This document shows, piece by piece, positions 27,530 through 36,838 of a stretch of DNA of 64,000 bases (positions within the stretch are counted from its first letter, which is position 1; every line of letters starts with the position of its first letter). Source of the DNA: Brevundimonas sp. (GTDB lineage Bacteria; Pseudomonadota; Alphaproteobacteria; Caulobacterales; Caulobacteraceae); the NCBI RefSeq assembly GCF_044336875.1, contig NZ_JBIIOP010000009.1, positions 50,325 to 114,324 of the forward strand, given 5' to 3'. Made by a program: the position numbers and the translations under genes. The notes beneath the pieces are model-generated. The model was not told the origin of the DNA. It saw only the letters and a list, made by a program, of their open reading frames with translations, and searched no databases.

Positions 27530-28945
27530 ATGGCTCATCCGCTCAAGCTCAATCCCGACCGCCTGTTCCCGGCGGACGCCGACACGCGCGCCGTGGCGCG
27601 CCGCCTCTATGCGGAGATCAAGGGCCTGCCGATCATCAGCCCGCACGGCCATACGGATCCCGGCTGGTTCGCGGGGAACGAAAACTTCGCCAATCCGGCC
27701 GAACTGCTGATCACGCCCGACCACTATGTCTTCCGCATGCTGCATTCGCAGGGGATGGCGATGGAGGATCTGGGCGTGCCGCGTGCTGACGGCGGCCCGG
27801 TCGAGACCGATCCACGCGTGATCTGGCGCCGCTTCGCCGAGAACTATCACCTGTTCCGCGGCACCCCGTCGCGCATGTGGCACGACTGGGTCTATGCCGA
27901 GGCCTTCGGCATCGACGTGCGCCTGTCGGCCGAGACGGCCGACCACTATTACGACGTCATCGACGCCGCCCTGAAGACCGACGCCTTCAAGCCGCGCGCC
28001 CTGTTCGAACGCTACAATATCGAGGTCCTGACCACGACCGAGAGCCCGCTCGATACGCTGGAGCACCACAAGATCATCGCCGCCTCGGGCTGGAAGGGTC
28101 GGGTTCTGACCGCCTATCGCCCGGACCCGGTGCTGGATCCCGACTACGAGGGCTTCCGCGACAATCTGAAGATCCTGGCCGAACAGACCGGCCGCGATAC
28201 GCTGAGCTGGGACGGATACCTGCTGGCCCTGCGCGACCGCCGCGCCTTCTTCATCGAAATGGGCGCCACCTCGACCGACCACGGCCATCCGACCGCCTTC
28301 ACCGCCGACCTGTCCAAGGGCGAGGCGGAGGCCCTGTTCAAGCGGGTCTCGACCGCTCCGGCCAGCGCCGCCGACGCCGAACTGTTCCGCGGCCAGATGC
28401 TGACCGAAATGGCCGCCATGTCGGTCGAGGACGGTCTGGTGATGCAGCTTCACCCCGGCAGCTTCCGCAACCATTCGGCCACGGTCTTCAACCGTTTCGG
28501 CCGCGACAAGGGCTGCGATATCCCGACCCAGACCGACTATGTCCGGGCGTTGAAGCCGCTGTTGGACCGGTTCGGTTCGGACAGCCGTCTGTCCCTGATC
28601 CTCTTCACCCTGGACGAGACCAGCTACAGCCGCGAACTGGCGCCCCTGGCCGGTCACTATCCGGCGCTGAAACTCGGCCCCAGCTGGTGGTTCCACGACA
28701 GCCCCGAGGGGATGCGTCGCTTCCGCGAACAGGTCACCGAGACGGCCGGCTTCTACAACACCGTCGGCTTCAACGACGACACCCGCGCCTTTCTGTCCAT
28801 CCCGGCCCGCCACGACGTGGCCCGGCGCATGGACTGCGGCTTCCTGGCGAAGATGGTGGTCGAGCACCGGATGGAAGAGGACGAGGCCCACGACCTGGCC
28901 CACGCCCTGACCTATGGTCTGGTCAAGGCGGCCTACAAGCTGTGA
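27530..28945 (+). CDS. uxaC: Uronate isomerase
   Basis: PIISPHGHTDP, DHYVFRML, MQLHPG, GPSWWFHDSPEG, GFNDDTRAF..IPARHDVARR. Confidence 0.96.
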   Translation: MAHPLKLNPDRLFPADADTRAVARRLYAEIKGLPIISPHGHTDPGWFAGNENFANPAELLITPDHYVFRMLHSQGMAMEDLGVPRADGGPVETDPRVIWRRFAENYHLFRGTPSRMWHDWVYAEAFGIDVRLSAETADHYYDVIDAALKTDAFKPRALFERYNIEVLTTTESPLDTLEHHKIIAASGWKGRVLTAYRPDPVLDPDYEGFRDNLKILAEQTGRDTLSWDGYLLALRDRRAFFIEMGATSTDHGHPTAFTADLSKGEAEALFKRVSTAPASAADAELFRGQMLTEMAAMSVEDGLVMQLHPGSFRNHSATVFNRFGRDKGCDIPTQTDYVRALKPLLDRFGSDSRLSLILFTLDETSYSRELAPLAGHYPALKLGPSWWFHDSPEGMRRFREQVTETAGFYNTVGFNDDTRAFLSIPARHDVARRMDCGFLAKMVVEHRMEEDEAHDLAHALTYGLVKAAYKL

Positions 28946-30426
28946 CCCGGCTGTCTAATGCAGCCCTGCAGGGCCTGCCCGCAGAGGTCGCCGTTCCCCA
29001 CTATGACCGCGCCCAGGTGAAGACCGGCGTGGTCCATCTGGGCATCGGCGCCTTCCACCGCGCCCACCAGGCGGTTGTGTTCGACGATGCGATCAAGGCC
29101 GGCGACCTGCGCTGGGGCGTGCTGGGCGCCTCGCTGCGGTCGCCGGACGTGCGCGATCAGCTGAACCCGCAGGACGGCCTCTACACCCTGGTCGTCCGTG
29201 ACGGTTCGGACGAGCATCTGCGGGTGATCGGCGCTGGTCGCGGCGTCCTGGTCGGACCGGAAGACCCTGCCGCCCTGGTCGCCGCCATGGCCGACGCGGA
29301 CGTCCACATCGTCACCCTGACCGTGACCGAGAAGGGCTATCGCCTCGACCCCGCCACCGGCGACCTGCTGCTGGATGATCCCGAGGTGGCGGCCGATCTG
29401 GCCGACATCGCTTCGCCCCGCACCGCGCCGGGCTTCATCGTCGCGGCGCTGCAGGCCCGCAAGGCGGCGGGTTTGAAACCCTTCACCGTCGTCAGCTGCG
29501 ACAACATCCCCCACAACGGCAAGCGTATCCGCGCCGGGGTCGTCGCCATGGCCCGCCATGTCGACCCGGCCCTGGCCGGCTGGATCGAGGCCGAAGGCGC
29601 CTTCCCCCAGACCATGATCGACCGGATCGTTCCGGCGACCATTGCCGACGACATCACCCGCCTGACCGCCCGACTGGGCGTCGAGGACCAGGGCATGGTC
29701 AAGGCCGAACCCTTCACCCAGTGGGTGATCGAGGACCGGTTCGCCGGCGAGCGGCCGGACTTTGCGGCGCTCGGCGTGCAACTGACCGACGCGGTCGAGC
29801 CGTGGGAGGACGCCAAGCTGCGCCTGCTGAACGGCGCCCATTCGGCCGTCGCCTATCTGGGCGCCCTGTCAGGGCATGAGCATGTCCACGAGGCCGTCGC
29901 CGTCCCCGCCTTCCGCGCCTATGTCGAAGCCTTGTGGGACGAGGCCCAGACGACGCTGAACCCGCCGCCGGGTCTGGACATCCCCGCCTATCGCGACGCG
30001 CTGATGGCGCGGTTCTCCAACGCGGCCCTGATGCACCGGACGCGGCAGATCGCCATGGACGGATCACAGAAACTGCCCCAGCGGCTGCTGGCCGGCGCCG
30101 CCGAACGCCTGGCGGCCGGGCCAGATTCTAAGGGAATGGGGATAGACGCCATCGCTCTTGGCGTCGCCGCCTGGATGAAATGGCAGTCGGGCGTGACCGA
30201 AAGCGGCGAGATCTTCGTCGTCGACGATCCCCTGGCGGCGAAGACCGCCGAACTTCTGGCCGGCAGCGACAATGACCAGGCGCGGGTTTCGGCCCTGCTG
30301 ACCCTGTCCGCCGTCTTCCCGCCTGCGCTCGCCGCTGACGACCGGTTCGCCGTAGCGGTCACGGGCGCCTATCTGTCGCTGAGCCGCAACGGCGCGGTCG
30401 AGGCCGCCCGTGCGGTGACGGCGTAG
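28942..30426 (+). CDS. uxuB: Mannitol dehydrogenase-family reductase (UxuB-type; fructuronate/tagaturonate reductase)
   Basis: GTGA overlap with the uxaC stop; VHLGIGAFHRAHQ, TVTEKGY, SCDN, MIDRIVP, KLRLLNGAHS. Confidence 0.88.
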   Translation: MTRLSNAALQGLPAEVAVPHYDRAQVKTGVVHLGIGAFHRAHQAVVFDDAIKAGDLRWGVLGASLRSPDVRDQLNPQDGLYTLVVRDGSDEHLRVIGAGRGVLVGPEDPAALVAAMADADVHIVTLTVTEKGYRLDPATGDLLLDDPEVAADLADIASPRTAPGFIVAALQARKAAGLKPFTVVSCDNIPHNGKRIRAGVVAMARHVDPALAGWIEAEGAFPQTMIDRIVPATIADDITRLTARLGVEDQGMVKAEPFTQWVIEDRFAGERPDFAALGVQLTDAVEPWEDAKLRLLNGAHSAVAYLGALSGHEHVHEAVAVPAFRAYVEALWDEAQTTLNPPPGLDIPAYRDALMARFSNAALMHRTRQIAMDGSQKLPQRLLAGAAERLAAGPDSKGMGIDAIALGVAAWMKWQSGVTESGEIFVVDDPLAAKTAELLAGSDNDQARVSALLTLSAVFPPALAADDRFAVAVTGAYLSLSRNGAVEAARAVTA

Positions 30427-30453
30427 TCTGATGGCCGAGTTCGTCGCTTCCTG

Positions 30454-30600
30454 CCTTCTCCCCTCGGGGGAGAAGGTGGGCCCGAAGGGCTCGGATGAGG
30501 GGGCTCTGTCCGCCTCGCTGACGACAAGAGTGGGCCTGCGTCTGGCGGCCCCCTCATCCGTCTCGCTCCGCGAGCCACCTTCTCCCCCAAGGGGAGAAGG
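30454..30600. repeat. 147-bp CIR/REP-like palindromic intergenic element
   Basis: CCTTCTCCCCTCGGGGGAGAAGGTGGGCCCGAAGGGCTCGGATGAGGGGG - spacer - CCCCCTCATCCGTCTCGCTCCGCGAGCCACCTTCTCCCCCAAGGGGAGAAGG. Inverted arms, each with internal hairpins. Confidence 0.85.
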
Positions 30601-30618
30601 AAGAAACGAGGTTAGTCC

Positions 30619-32118
30619 ATGTCCCGCGTCCTGATCCTGAACCCCGCCGACGACGTCGCCATCGCTCTGGACGACATCGCCGCCGGCGACACGCCCGAGG
30701 GCCTGGCTGTCCCCGCCCGCGCCGAGATCGCCACCGGCCACAAGATCGCCCGGCACGACGTCGCCGAGGGCGGTCTGGTCCGCCGCTACGGCCAGGTCAT
30801 CGGCCGGGCCAAAACGGCGATCGCCGCCGGAGACCATGTCCACGTCCACAACCTGGCCATGGCCGAGGACGGGCGCGAGGCCGAGGTCGGCGCCGATCTG
30901 CGCGTACCGGCGTCTCTGGACGGCGCGACCTTCAACGGGATCGTCCGCCCGGACGGCCGGGTCGGCACCCGCAACTATATCGGCGTCCTGACCAGCGTGA
31001 ACTGTTCGGCCACGGTCGCGCGCCGCATCGCCGACGCCTTCCCGGACGCCAGCCTGCCCGACGGCGTCGACGGCGTGGTCGCCTTCACCCACCAGGGCGG
31101 CTGCGGCGGCTCTTCCCTGTCCAGCGACGTCACCCTGCTGCAGCGGACCCTGTCGGGTTACGCCCGGCATCCGAACTTCCATTCCATCCTGATCGTCGGC
31201 CTGGGCTGCGAGGCCAACCAGATCCCCGCCTGGCTCGCCAACGAGGGTCTGCAGGCCGGCCCCCATCTGCGCGCCCTGACCATCCAGGAAGCCGGCGGCA
31301 CCGGCCGCGCCATCGAGGCCGGGATCGAGATCGTCCGCGACCTGGTCGCCGAGGCGGCCCAGGTCGAACGTCAGCCCGTCTCCGCCGCCCATCTGACCGT
31401 CGGTCTGCAATGCGGCGGCTCGGACGGCTGGTCCGGCGTCACCGCCAATCCGGCCCTGGGCGCGGCCGTCGATCTGCTGGTCGCCCACGGCGGTTCGGCC
31501 ATGCTGTCCGAAACGCCGGAAATCTGGGGCGCTGAACACCTGCTGCTGCGCCGCGCGGCGAACCAGGGCGTGGCCGACCGGCTGAACGCCCGTCTGGAGT
31601 GGTGGCGCGACTATGCCGACCGGCACCAGATGGAGCTGAACAACAATCCGTCGCCCGGCAATCTGAAGGGCGGTCTGACGACCATTCTGGAGAAGTCTCT
31701 GGGCGCCGTGGCCAAGTCCGGTTCGACCCCGCTGAACGACGTGATCGGTTACGCCGAGCCGCTCATGTCCAAGGGGCTCAGCTTCATGGACAGCCCCGGC
31801 TACGACCCGTGCTCGGCGACGGGCCAGATCGCCTCGGGCGCCAATCTGATCGTCTTCACCACGGGCCGGGGTTCGGTCTTCGGCGCCAAGCCCGCCCCGT
31901 CGATCAAGGTGGCCTCCAACGCCAAACTGGCGAACTGGATGGACGAGGACATGGACATCGACGCCTCGCCGGTCCTGACCGGAACCCCGATGGCCGAGGT
32001 GGGCGAGATCATCTTCCGCAGGATGCTGGCCGTCGCCTCGGGCGAGCCGTCCAGGTCCGAGGCCCTGGGCATAGGCGACAACGAGTTCGTGCCCTGGCAG
32101 GTCGGCGCCTATCTCTAG
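30619..32118 (+). CDS. uxaA: Altronate dehydratase (SAF + GD_AH domains)
   Basis: GHKIA...VRRYGQVIG, HVHVHNL, GTRNYIG, HQGGCG, GLGCE, LQCGGSDGWSGVTANP, NPSPGNLKGGLTTILEKSLG. Confidence 0.92.
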   Translation: MSRVLILNPADDVAIALDDIAAGDTPEGLAVPARAEIATGHKIARHDVAEGGLVRRYGQVIGRAKTAIAAGDHVHVHNLAMAEDGREAEVGADLRVPASLDGATFNGIVRPDGRVGTRNYIGVLTSVNCSATVARRIADAFPDASLPDGVDGVVAFTHQGGCGGSSLSSDVTLLQRTLSGYARHPNFHSILIVGLGCEANQIPAWLANEGLQAGPHLRALTIQEAGGTGRAIEAGIEIVRDLVAEAAQVERQPVSAAHLTVGLQCGGSDGWSGVTANPALGAAVDLLVAHGGSAMLSETPEIWGAEHLLLRRAANQGVADRLNARLEWWRDYADRHQMELNNNPSPGNLKGGLTTILEKSLGAVAKSGSTPLNDVIGYAEPLMSKGLSFMDSPGYDPCSATGQIASGANLIVFTTGRGSVFGAKPAPSIKVASNAKLANWMDEDMDIDASPVLTGTPMAEVGEIIFRRMLAVASGEPSRSEALGIGDNEFVPWQVGAYL

Positions 32119-32136
32119 GCGCCGACGGCTCGGTCT

Positions 32137-34800
32137 TCAGTACCGGAAGCGCAGGGCCAGGGAGTAGATCGTCTCCTCGCGCCGCACGTCGCGCGGATAC
32201 ACCCCTTCGCCATAGTCGTAGAAGGACCGGAAGGGCTCGCCCAACAGGTTGGACGCGTCGAAGGCCACGGTGATCCGGTCGGTGGGCGAATAGCTGGCCG
32301 AAAAGTCCAGCCGCTTGACGTCATCGACGTATTCGCCGATCGCCCCGCTGTCGTACTTGGTCCGGACATTGTAGGCGAGGCGGGCGCTGATCGGTCCGTT
32401 CTCGTACATGCCGACCAGATTGTACGAATATTTCGAGATATACTGCAGGTCGCCGTCGACCATGGTGCCGTTGATCTGCACCCCGAAATGCCGCGCCCAG
32501 TCGGGCATGAACTCGTAGTCCAGGAAGGTGGTGAAGGCCGCCTCCACCCCCTGAAGGACCGAGGAGTCCAGGTTCTGCGGCCGGGTCACGCGCAGGGCTC
32601 CATAGACCGGATCGACGATGTCCACCGTCTCGTTGATGATGAAGCCGTTGATCTCGCGCCGGAAGGCGCCCAGGGTCGCCCAGCCGCTGTCCGAGAAATA
32701 ATATTCCAGGGTGGCGTCATAGTTGGTCGACTCGATCGGCGTCAGGTCGATATTGCCGCCGTTGGCCGCGCGCAGGCCGGACGAGTCCGGATTGGGCGAG
32801 ACGAACAGTCCCGGGTTCAATTGGCCGAAGCTGGGCCGGGTCCGCGTCTGGTTGGCGGCGAACCGCACCTGGACGGCGTCGGTCAGCGGCAATTTGACGT
32901 TCAGGCTGGGCAGCAGGTCCGTGTAGCGGCTGGTGCGCTGGATCGGGGTAAAGCTCTCGACCCCGTCGACCGTGTTCCGCGTGGAACCGTCCACCGTGAC
33001 CTCGGTGGCCACGATCCGCAGGCCGGCGTCGCCCTCGACCGGCAGGCCGAACAGGTTGAAGGCGAAGTCCGCCTGGCCATAGCCCGTCCAGGCCTTTTCA
33101 TTGGCCAGGAAGGTCTGTTCCGGGATGATCGGCGGATCGCCGGCGGCGAAGCCGGCGATGGCGCGCAGCCCCTCGATATTGTTGCGCAGGCTGTCATAGG
33201 TGGGGGCGACCCAGGTCCGCATCGCCTGGACGTCGCTGCCGTTGAACCCGGCCTGGACCAGGCCCAGTTCGACCGGCAGGTCCGCCAGACCGATGCGCAG
33301 ATCTTCCTGGTTCAGATAACGTTCGCCGTTCTGGTAGGAGGCGTTGCGGTCGACGTAGCGGACGCCGAAACGCGTTTCGGGAAACAGGCTGTTGCCCGTA
33401 TCCAGCTTTAGATCCACCCGCGCCTGTACGTCGTCGCCCTTGCCCTCGAACCGCCGGTCGAAGAGGCCGCGATAGATGTAGTTGGCCGGATCGGTCGTGT
33501 CGAAATCACGGAACGAGAATTCGACCCCGCCGTCTTCGCGCGGCACGTCGAAATTGACATCCACCACCGGGGTCGAGGCGAAGGCCGTGTCAATGTTCTG
33601 GATCGAGTTGGTGAAGGTGCTTTCGGTCCGGGCCAGGTCGAACGACCACTCCGCCGGACCGGCGGTATAGACCCCGCCCACGGCGTACTGGAAGGTGTCG
33701 GTCTTGCCGAAGGCGGCGGACTGATACTGCTCCGGGCGCAGACCGCCCGACGCGGTGAGGCTCTGCACGTCGCCGCCGGGGCGCAGCACGATGTTATCGA
33801 AGCTCGTCCCCTCGGCGTACAGGGGCACGACGAACTGACGATCGGACACCTCGCCGCGATACCCCTGGTACAGGCCGTCGAAATAGAGGCTCAACTGATC
33901 GTTGGGCCGCCACTGCAGGGCGACGTTGGCCGAGGGCCGCCAGCGGTCGCCCGTGCCGTAATAGACGCCTGCGGCGTCGGGATAGCGGGCGCCGACCAGG
34001 GTCGGGTCGGTCGTCTGGTCGGTGATCGTTCCGACCACGCCCGATCCCCATCGCACCGAATCCAGGTAGCGCAGGCTGGTGTAGGACAGGTTCACCAGGG
34101 CGCCGACCTCGCCGATCGGGGTGTCCCAGCGGTTGCTGATCAGGATGTCGCCATTCGGGTCGTACTGCTCGGACTGGGTGGCGTAGGTGCCCCGGATCGA
34201 GCCGGCGATCTCCAGGCCGTCGAAGTCGAACGGCCGACGCGAGCGCACATTGACCAGGCCGGCGATGCCGCTCTCCAGCCGCCAGGCCGACGACGACTTG
34301 AAGACCTCCAGCGCCGCGACCGAGGCGGCGGGGAAGTCCTGAAGGGCCACGCCGCGCCCCTCGGCGGTGAAGATGTCGCGGCCGTTGTAGGTGGTCGAGA
34401 TGTCGGGCAGGCCGCGCACCAGCACGCGGGACGCCTCGCCGCCGCCGCGCTCGACCTGGACGCCGGTGACGCGGGCGAGGGATTCCGAGGCGTTGCTGTC
34501 GGGCAGCTTGCCGATGTCCTCGGCGACGATCACGTCCACGACTTCGTCGGCGTTACGCTTGATGTTGCGGGCCGTGGTCAGGCTGCTGCGTGATCCGACG
34601 ACGGTGATGTCGCCCAGTCGGGTCGGATTGCCGAGAAGCGCGCCCAGGGGCGAGGTGCGGATAGCGGGGCGGGGCGGGGCGGCGGGGGCCTGCTGCGCCG
34701 TCGCGTCACTGGCCGTCGGTGAAACGGTCTGGGCGGCGGCGCCGGTGGCCAGCATCAGGGCGAGAACAGACGTGGAAGACGCCCAGACGGTGGCTTGCAT
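32137..34800 (-). CDS. TonB-dependent receptor
   Basis: Signal peptide; DITVVG TonB box, EDIGKLPDSNASESLARVTGVQV plug, terminal LRFRY. Confidence 0.94.
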   Translation of the reverse strand: MQATVWASSTSVLALMLATGAAAQTVSPTASDATAQQAPAAPPRPAIRTSPLGALLGNPTRLGDITVVGSRSSLTTARNIKRNADEVVDVIVAEDIGKLPDSNASESLARVTGVQVERGGGEASRVLVRGLPDISTTYNGRDIFTAEGRGVALQDFPAASVAALEVFKSSSAWRLESGIAGLVNVRSRRPFDFDGLEIAGSIRGTYATQSEQYDPNGDILISNRWDTPIGEVGALVNLSYTSLRYLDSVRWGSGVVGTITDQTTDPTLVGARYPDAAGVYYGTGDRWRPSANVALQWRPNDQLSLYFDGLYQGYRGEVSDRQFVVPLYAEGTSFDNIVLRPGGDVQSLTASGGLRPEQYQSAAFGKTDTFQYAVGGVYTAGPAEWSFDLARTESTFTNSIQNIDTAFASTPVVDVNFDVPREDGGVEFSFRDFDTTDPANYIYRGLFDRRFEGKGDDVQARVDLKLDTGNSLFPETRFGVRYVDRNASYQNGERYLNQEDLRIGLADLPVELGLVQAGFNGSDVQAMRTWVAPTYDSLRNNIEGLRAIAGFAAGDPPIIPEQTFLANEKAWTGYGQADFAFNLFGLPVEGDAGLRIVATEVTVDGSTRNTVDGVESFTPIQRTSRYTDLLPSLNVKLPLTDAVQVRFAANQTRTRPSFGQLNPGLFVSPNPDSSGLRAANGGNIDLTPIESTNYDATLEYYFSDSGWATLGAFRREINGFIINETVDIVDPVYGALRVTRPQNLDSSVLQGVEAAFTTFLDYEFMPDWARHFGVQINGTMVDGDLQYISKYSYNLVGMYENGPISARLAYNVRTKYDSGAIGEYVDDVKRLDFSASYSPTDRITVAFDASNLLGEPFRSFYDYGEGVYPRDVRREETIYSLALRFRY

Positions 34801-34950
34801 AAGGATCTCATCGAAATTTCGGTGCGACCCAAACCGCTGAGCTTCAGTTCGGTTTCCATCTTTTTTGCATTTGCGAAAGAAAGGCGAAGGGGAGGCGGTC
34901 TTGCCATCTCAGGGCCTTGTTTTTCGCCGGTTTGTCGCGTTTTCGGGCGG

Positions 34951-35010
34951 AAAGAAGGCGGTGGAGTCTCGGGCGGACAGTCTGCGCTTTCCGATTGGGT
35001 CTCCGCCGCC
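34951..35010 (-). terminator. Long irregular hairpin with U-rich tail downstream of the pectate lyase
   Basis: GGCGGCGGAG...CTCCACCGCC on the minus strand, followed by TTCTTT. Confidence 0.45.
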
Positions 35011-35023
35011 TCCAGCCTGAAAC

Positions 35024-36682
35024 TCAGGCGCCGAGCGCTTCGATCAGGTCGCCCATGTTTCGGATGAAGACCGAGGTCGAGACGCCCTCGACCGGGAAGT
35101 CGGTCTGATAGGGGGAGGTGTCCCACAGATCGCCGACGCGGGTCATCTGGTACTCGCCGCCGGTGACTGCGGTAGGCGAGGGGCCCTTGTAGGGGTTGGA
35201 GGTCGTGGTCAGGGGCGTGGCCCAGTAGCCGCGCGCATTGAGGGCGGAGATCAGATCGGCCGCACGATTGGCGTGCGGCGCGGTCGGGCGGCGGGCGTCG
35301 CTGGACATGTCCCAGACGTCCACGTCCTGCAGGGTGAAATATTTCGGCAGGTTCAGCGAGCCGGGACGGGCCTTCAGGGGCGAGCCACGGGTGGCCTCCT
35401 CGACCGGCAGGGCCGACAGGCGGGCGTATTCGGCGCGCAGGGCCGGGGTGTCGACGTTGCGGAACGAGCCGTAGTGGACGATCAGATTGGTCGGATTGTC
35501 GTCGGCGTAATACTGGCCGTTGGCGATGTTGGATCCGCGCCGGTGGATGTAGATCGGGGTGTTGGCCCCTTCCAGGATGAAGGTCGGGTGGGTGCGGCCC
35601 GGCGTGTTCAGCGGCGGTTTGGTCGCCACCTGGTCCAGCCAGTCCATCGCCTCGGGCAGGCGCGCCAGATATTTGCGGTCGCCGGTCAGGCGGTAGAAGC
35701 CCAGCATCGACTTGATGTTGGTGCCGGTGGCGTGGGTGACGAAGGCCTGGGGCTCGATGGTGCGGGCGCCGGCGGGCTTCAGGCTGTCGGGGAAATGCTG
35801 CAGGCCCCAGGCCGGCTGCGGCTGCGGCTGCTGGGTCTTCACGAAAATGTCCATGCCGCGGTGGATGGCGTCCAGCACCTTGGCGTCGCCCCGGCCGTTC
35901 CGCGCCAGGCCGTGGTAGGCGTAGATCAGGAACTCCAGGTTCTCGCCGGCCACATCGTCGTTGAAGGTGATGTAGGGGGTGTAGTCCTCATGCCCGTGCA
36001 GGCCGCCGTTCTCGACGAAGGGATAGCGCTGCGGCCAGCCGCCGTTCGGATACTGGCTCTCCAGCACGAAGCTGATCGCCTTGTTCAGCGGCGCCAGATA
36101 TTTGCGGTCCTTCTTCTCCAGATAGACGCGCAGCAGCAGCTGCGACGCCTCGGCCGTGCCGGCGTCGTCGAAGGTGGCGTTGCCGTAGTAGTGGTGGAAT
36201 TCCTCCAGCCGCCAGGCGTTGGCGGCGACCGTGCCGTACCACTGTTTCAGCGACTCCTCGCCGGCGGTGTCGATGACATAGTTCCAGCCGCCCAGCGGGT
36301 GCTGGCCCTTGACCAGGGCGTCGGCGGCCTTCTTGGCGGCCTCGTAGTAATAGTCGTCGCCGGTGGCGTGATAGGCGTCCATGAACAGGTGGCCCACCGT
36401 CGCCGTGCCGGGGGGCTGGACCCAGATCATGGTCGGGCCGGCTTCCAGTTCGCCCCAGCGGCGCGAGAAGTCGGGCAGATACTGCCAGACATAACCGCCC
36501 TCGACAGCGGCCTCCTCGCTCATGAACCGGGCGGCGCGCTTCATCGCATCCAGGACGGCGGCGCGGTCGGGCGAGGTCATGCCTCCAGGGTTTTGGGCAA
36601 GGGCGGGGCCGGAGGCGGCGACGAAGGTGGCGGCGGCGCCGGCGGCCAGCAGGGCGCGGCGGTTCATGGACGTGACGGACAT
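35024..36682 (-). CDS. Pectate lyase, PL10 family, Tat-exported
   Basis: NRRALL; ATFDDAGT, NGGWPQRYP, ITFNDD, AWGLQH..LKPAGARTIEP match PL10 motifs. ATG 36682 has GGAG upstream. Confidence 0.85.
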   Translation of the reverse strand: MSVTSMNRRALLAAGAAATFVAASGPALAQNPGGMTSPDRAAVLDAMKRAARFMSEEAAVEGGYVWQYLPDFSRRWGELEAGPTMIWVQPPGTATVGHLFMDAYHATGDDYYYEAAKKAADALVKGQHPLGGWNYVIDTAGEESLKQWYGTVAANAWRLEEFHHYYGNATFDDAGTAEASQLLLRVYLEKKDRKYLAPLNKAISFVLESQYPNGGWPQRYPFVENGGLHGHEDYTPYITFNDDVAGENLEFLIYAYHGLARNGRGDAKVLDAIHRGMDIFVKTQQPQPQPAWGLQHFPDSLKPAGARTIEPQAFVTHATGTNIKSMLGFYRLTGDRKYLARLPEAMDWLDQVATKPPLNTPGRTHPTFILEGANTPIYIHRRGSNIANGQYYADDNPTNLIVHYGSFRNVDTPALRAEYARLSALPVEEATRGSPLKARPGSLNLPKYFTLQDVDVWDMSSDARRPTAPHANRAADLISALNARGYWATPLTTTSNPYKGPSPTAVTGGEYQMTRVGDLWDTSPYQTDFPVEGVSTSVFIRNMGDLIEALGA

Positions 36683-36751
36683 GGAAACTCCTGGGGTGAC
36701 CTCTCTCGGACGGTTCTTGGCGACCGTTTCGAGGTTGTACTCAAGCATGAG

Positions 36752-36765
36752 TGACACCGGTTTCC
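36752..36765. promoter_or_regulatory. LacI operator upstream of the PL10 gene
   Basis: TGACACCGGTTTCC. Confidence 0.82.
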
Positions 36766-36780
36766 TAGCCCTGATCGGGC

Positions 36781-36816
36781 AAAGAAAAAGGCCGCACGGA
36801 TCGCTCCATGCGGCCT
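36781..36816 (-). terminator. Intrinsic terminator after kdgK
   Basis: AGGCCGCA / TGCGGCCT stem with a T-run on the minus strand. Confidence 0.7.
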
Positions 36817-36838
36817 CCACAATGTCTGGATCAAACGC

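Noticed and set aside
27877-28941. 849-aa fusion ORF 27877-30426
   Set aside because: The N-terminal part is an alternate frame over uxaC. The real reductase starts at GTG 28942.
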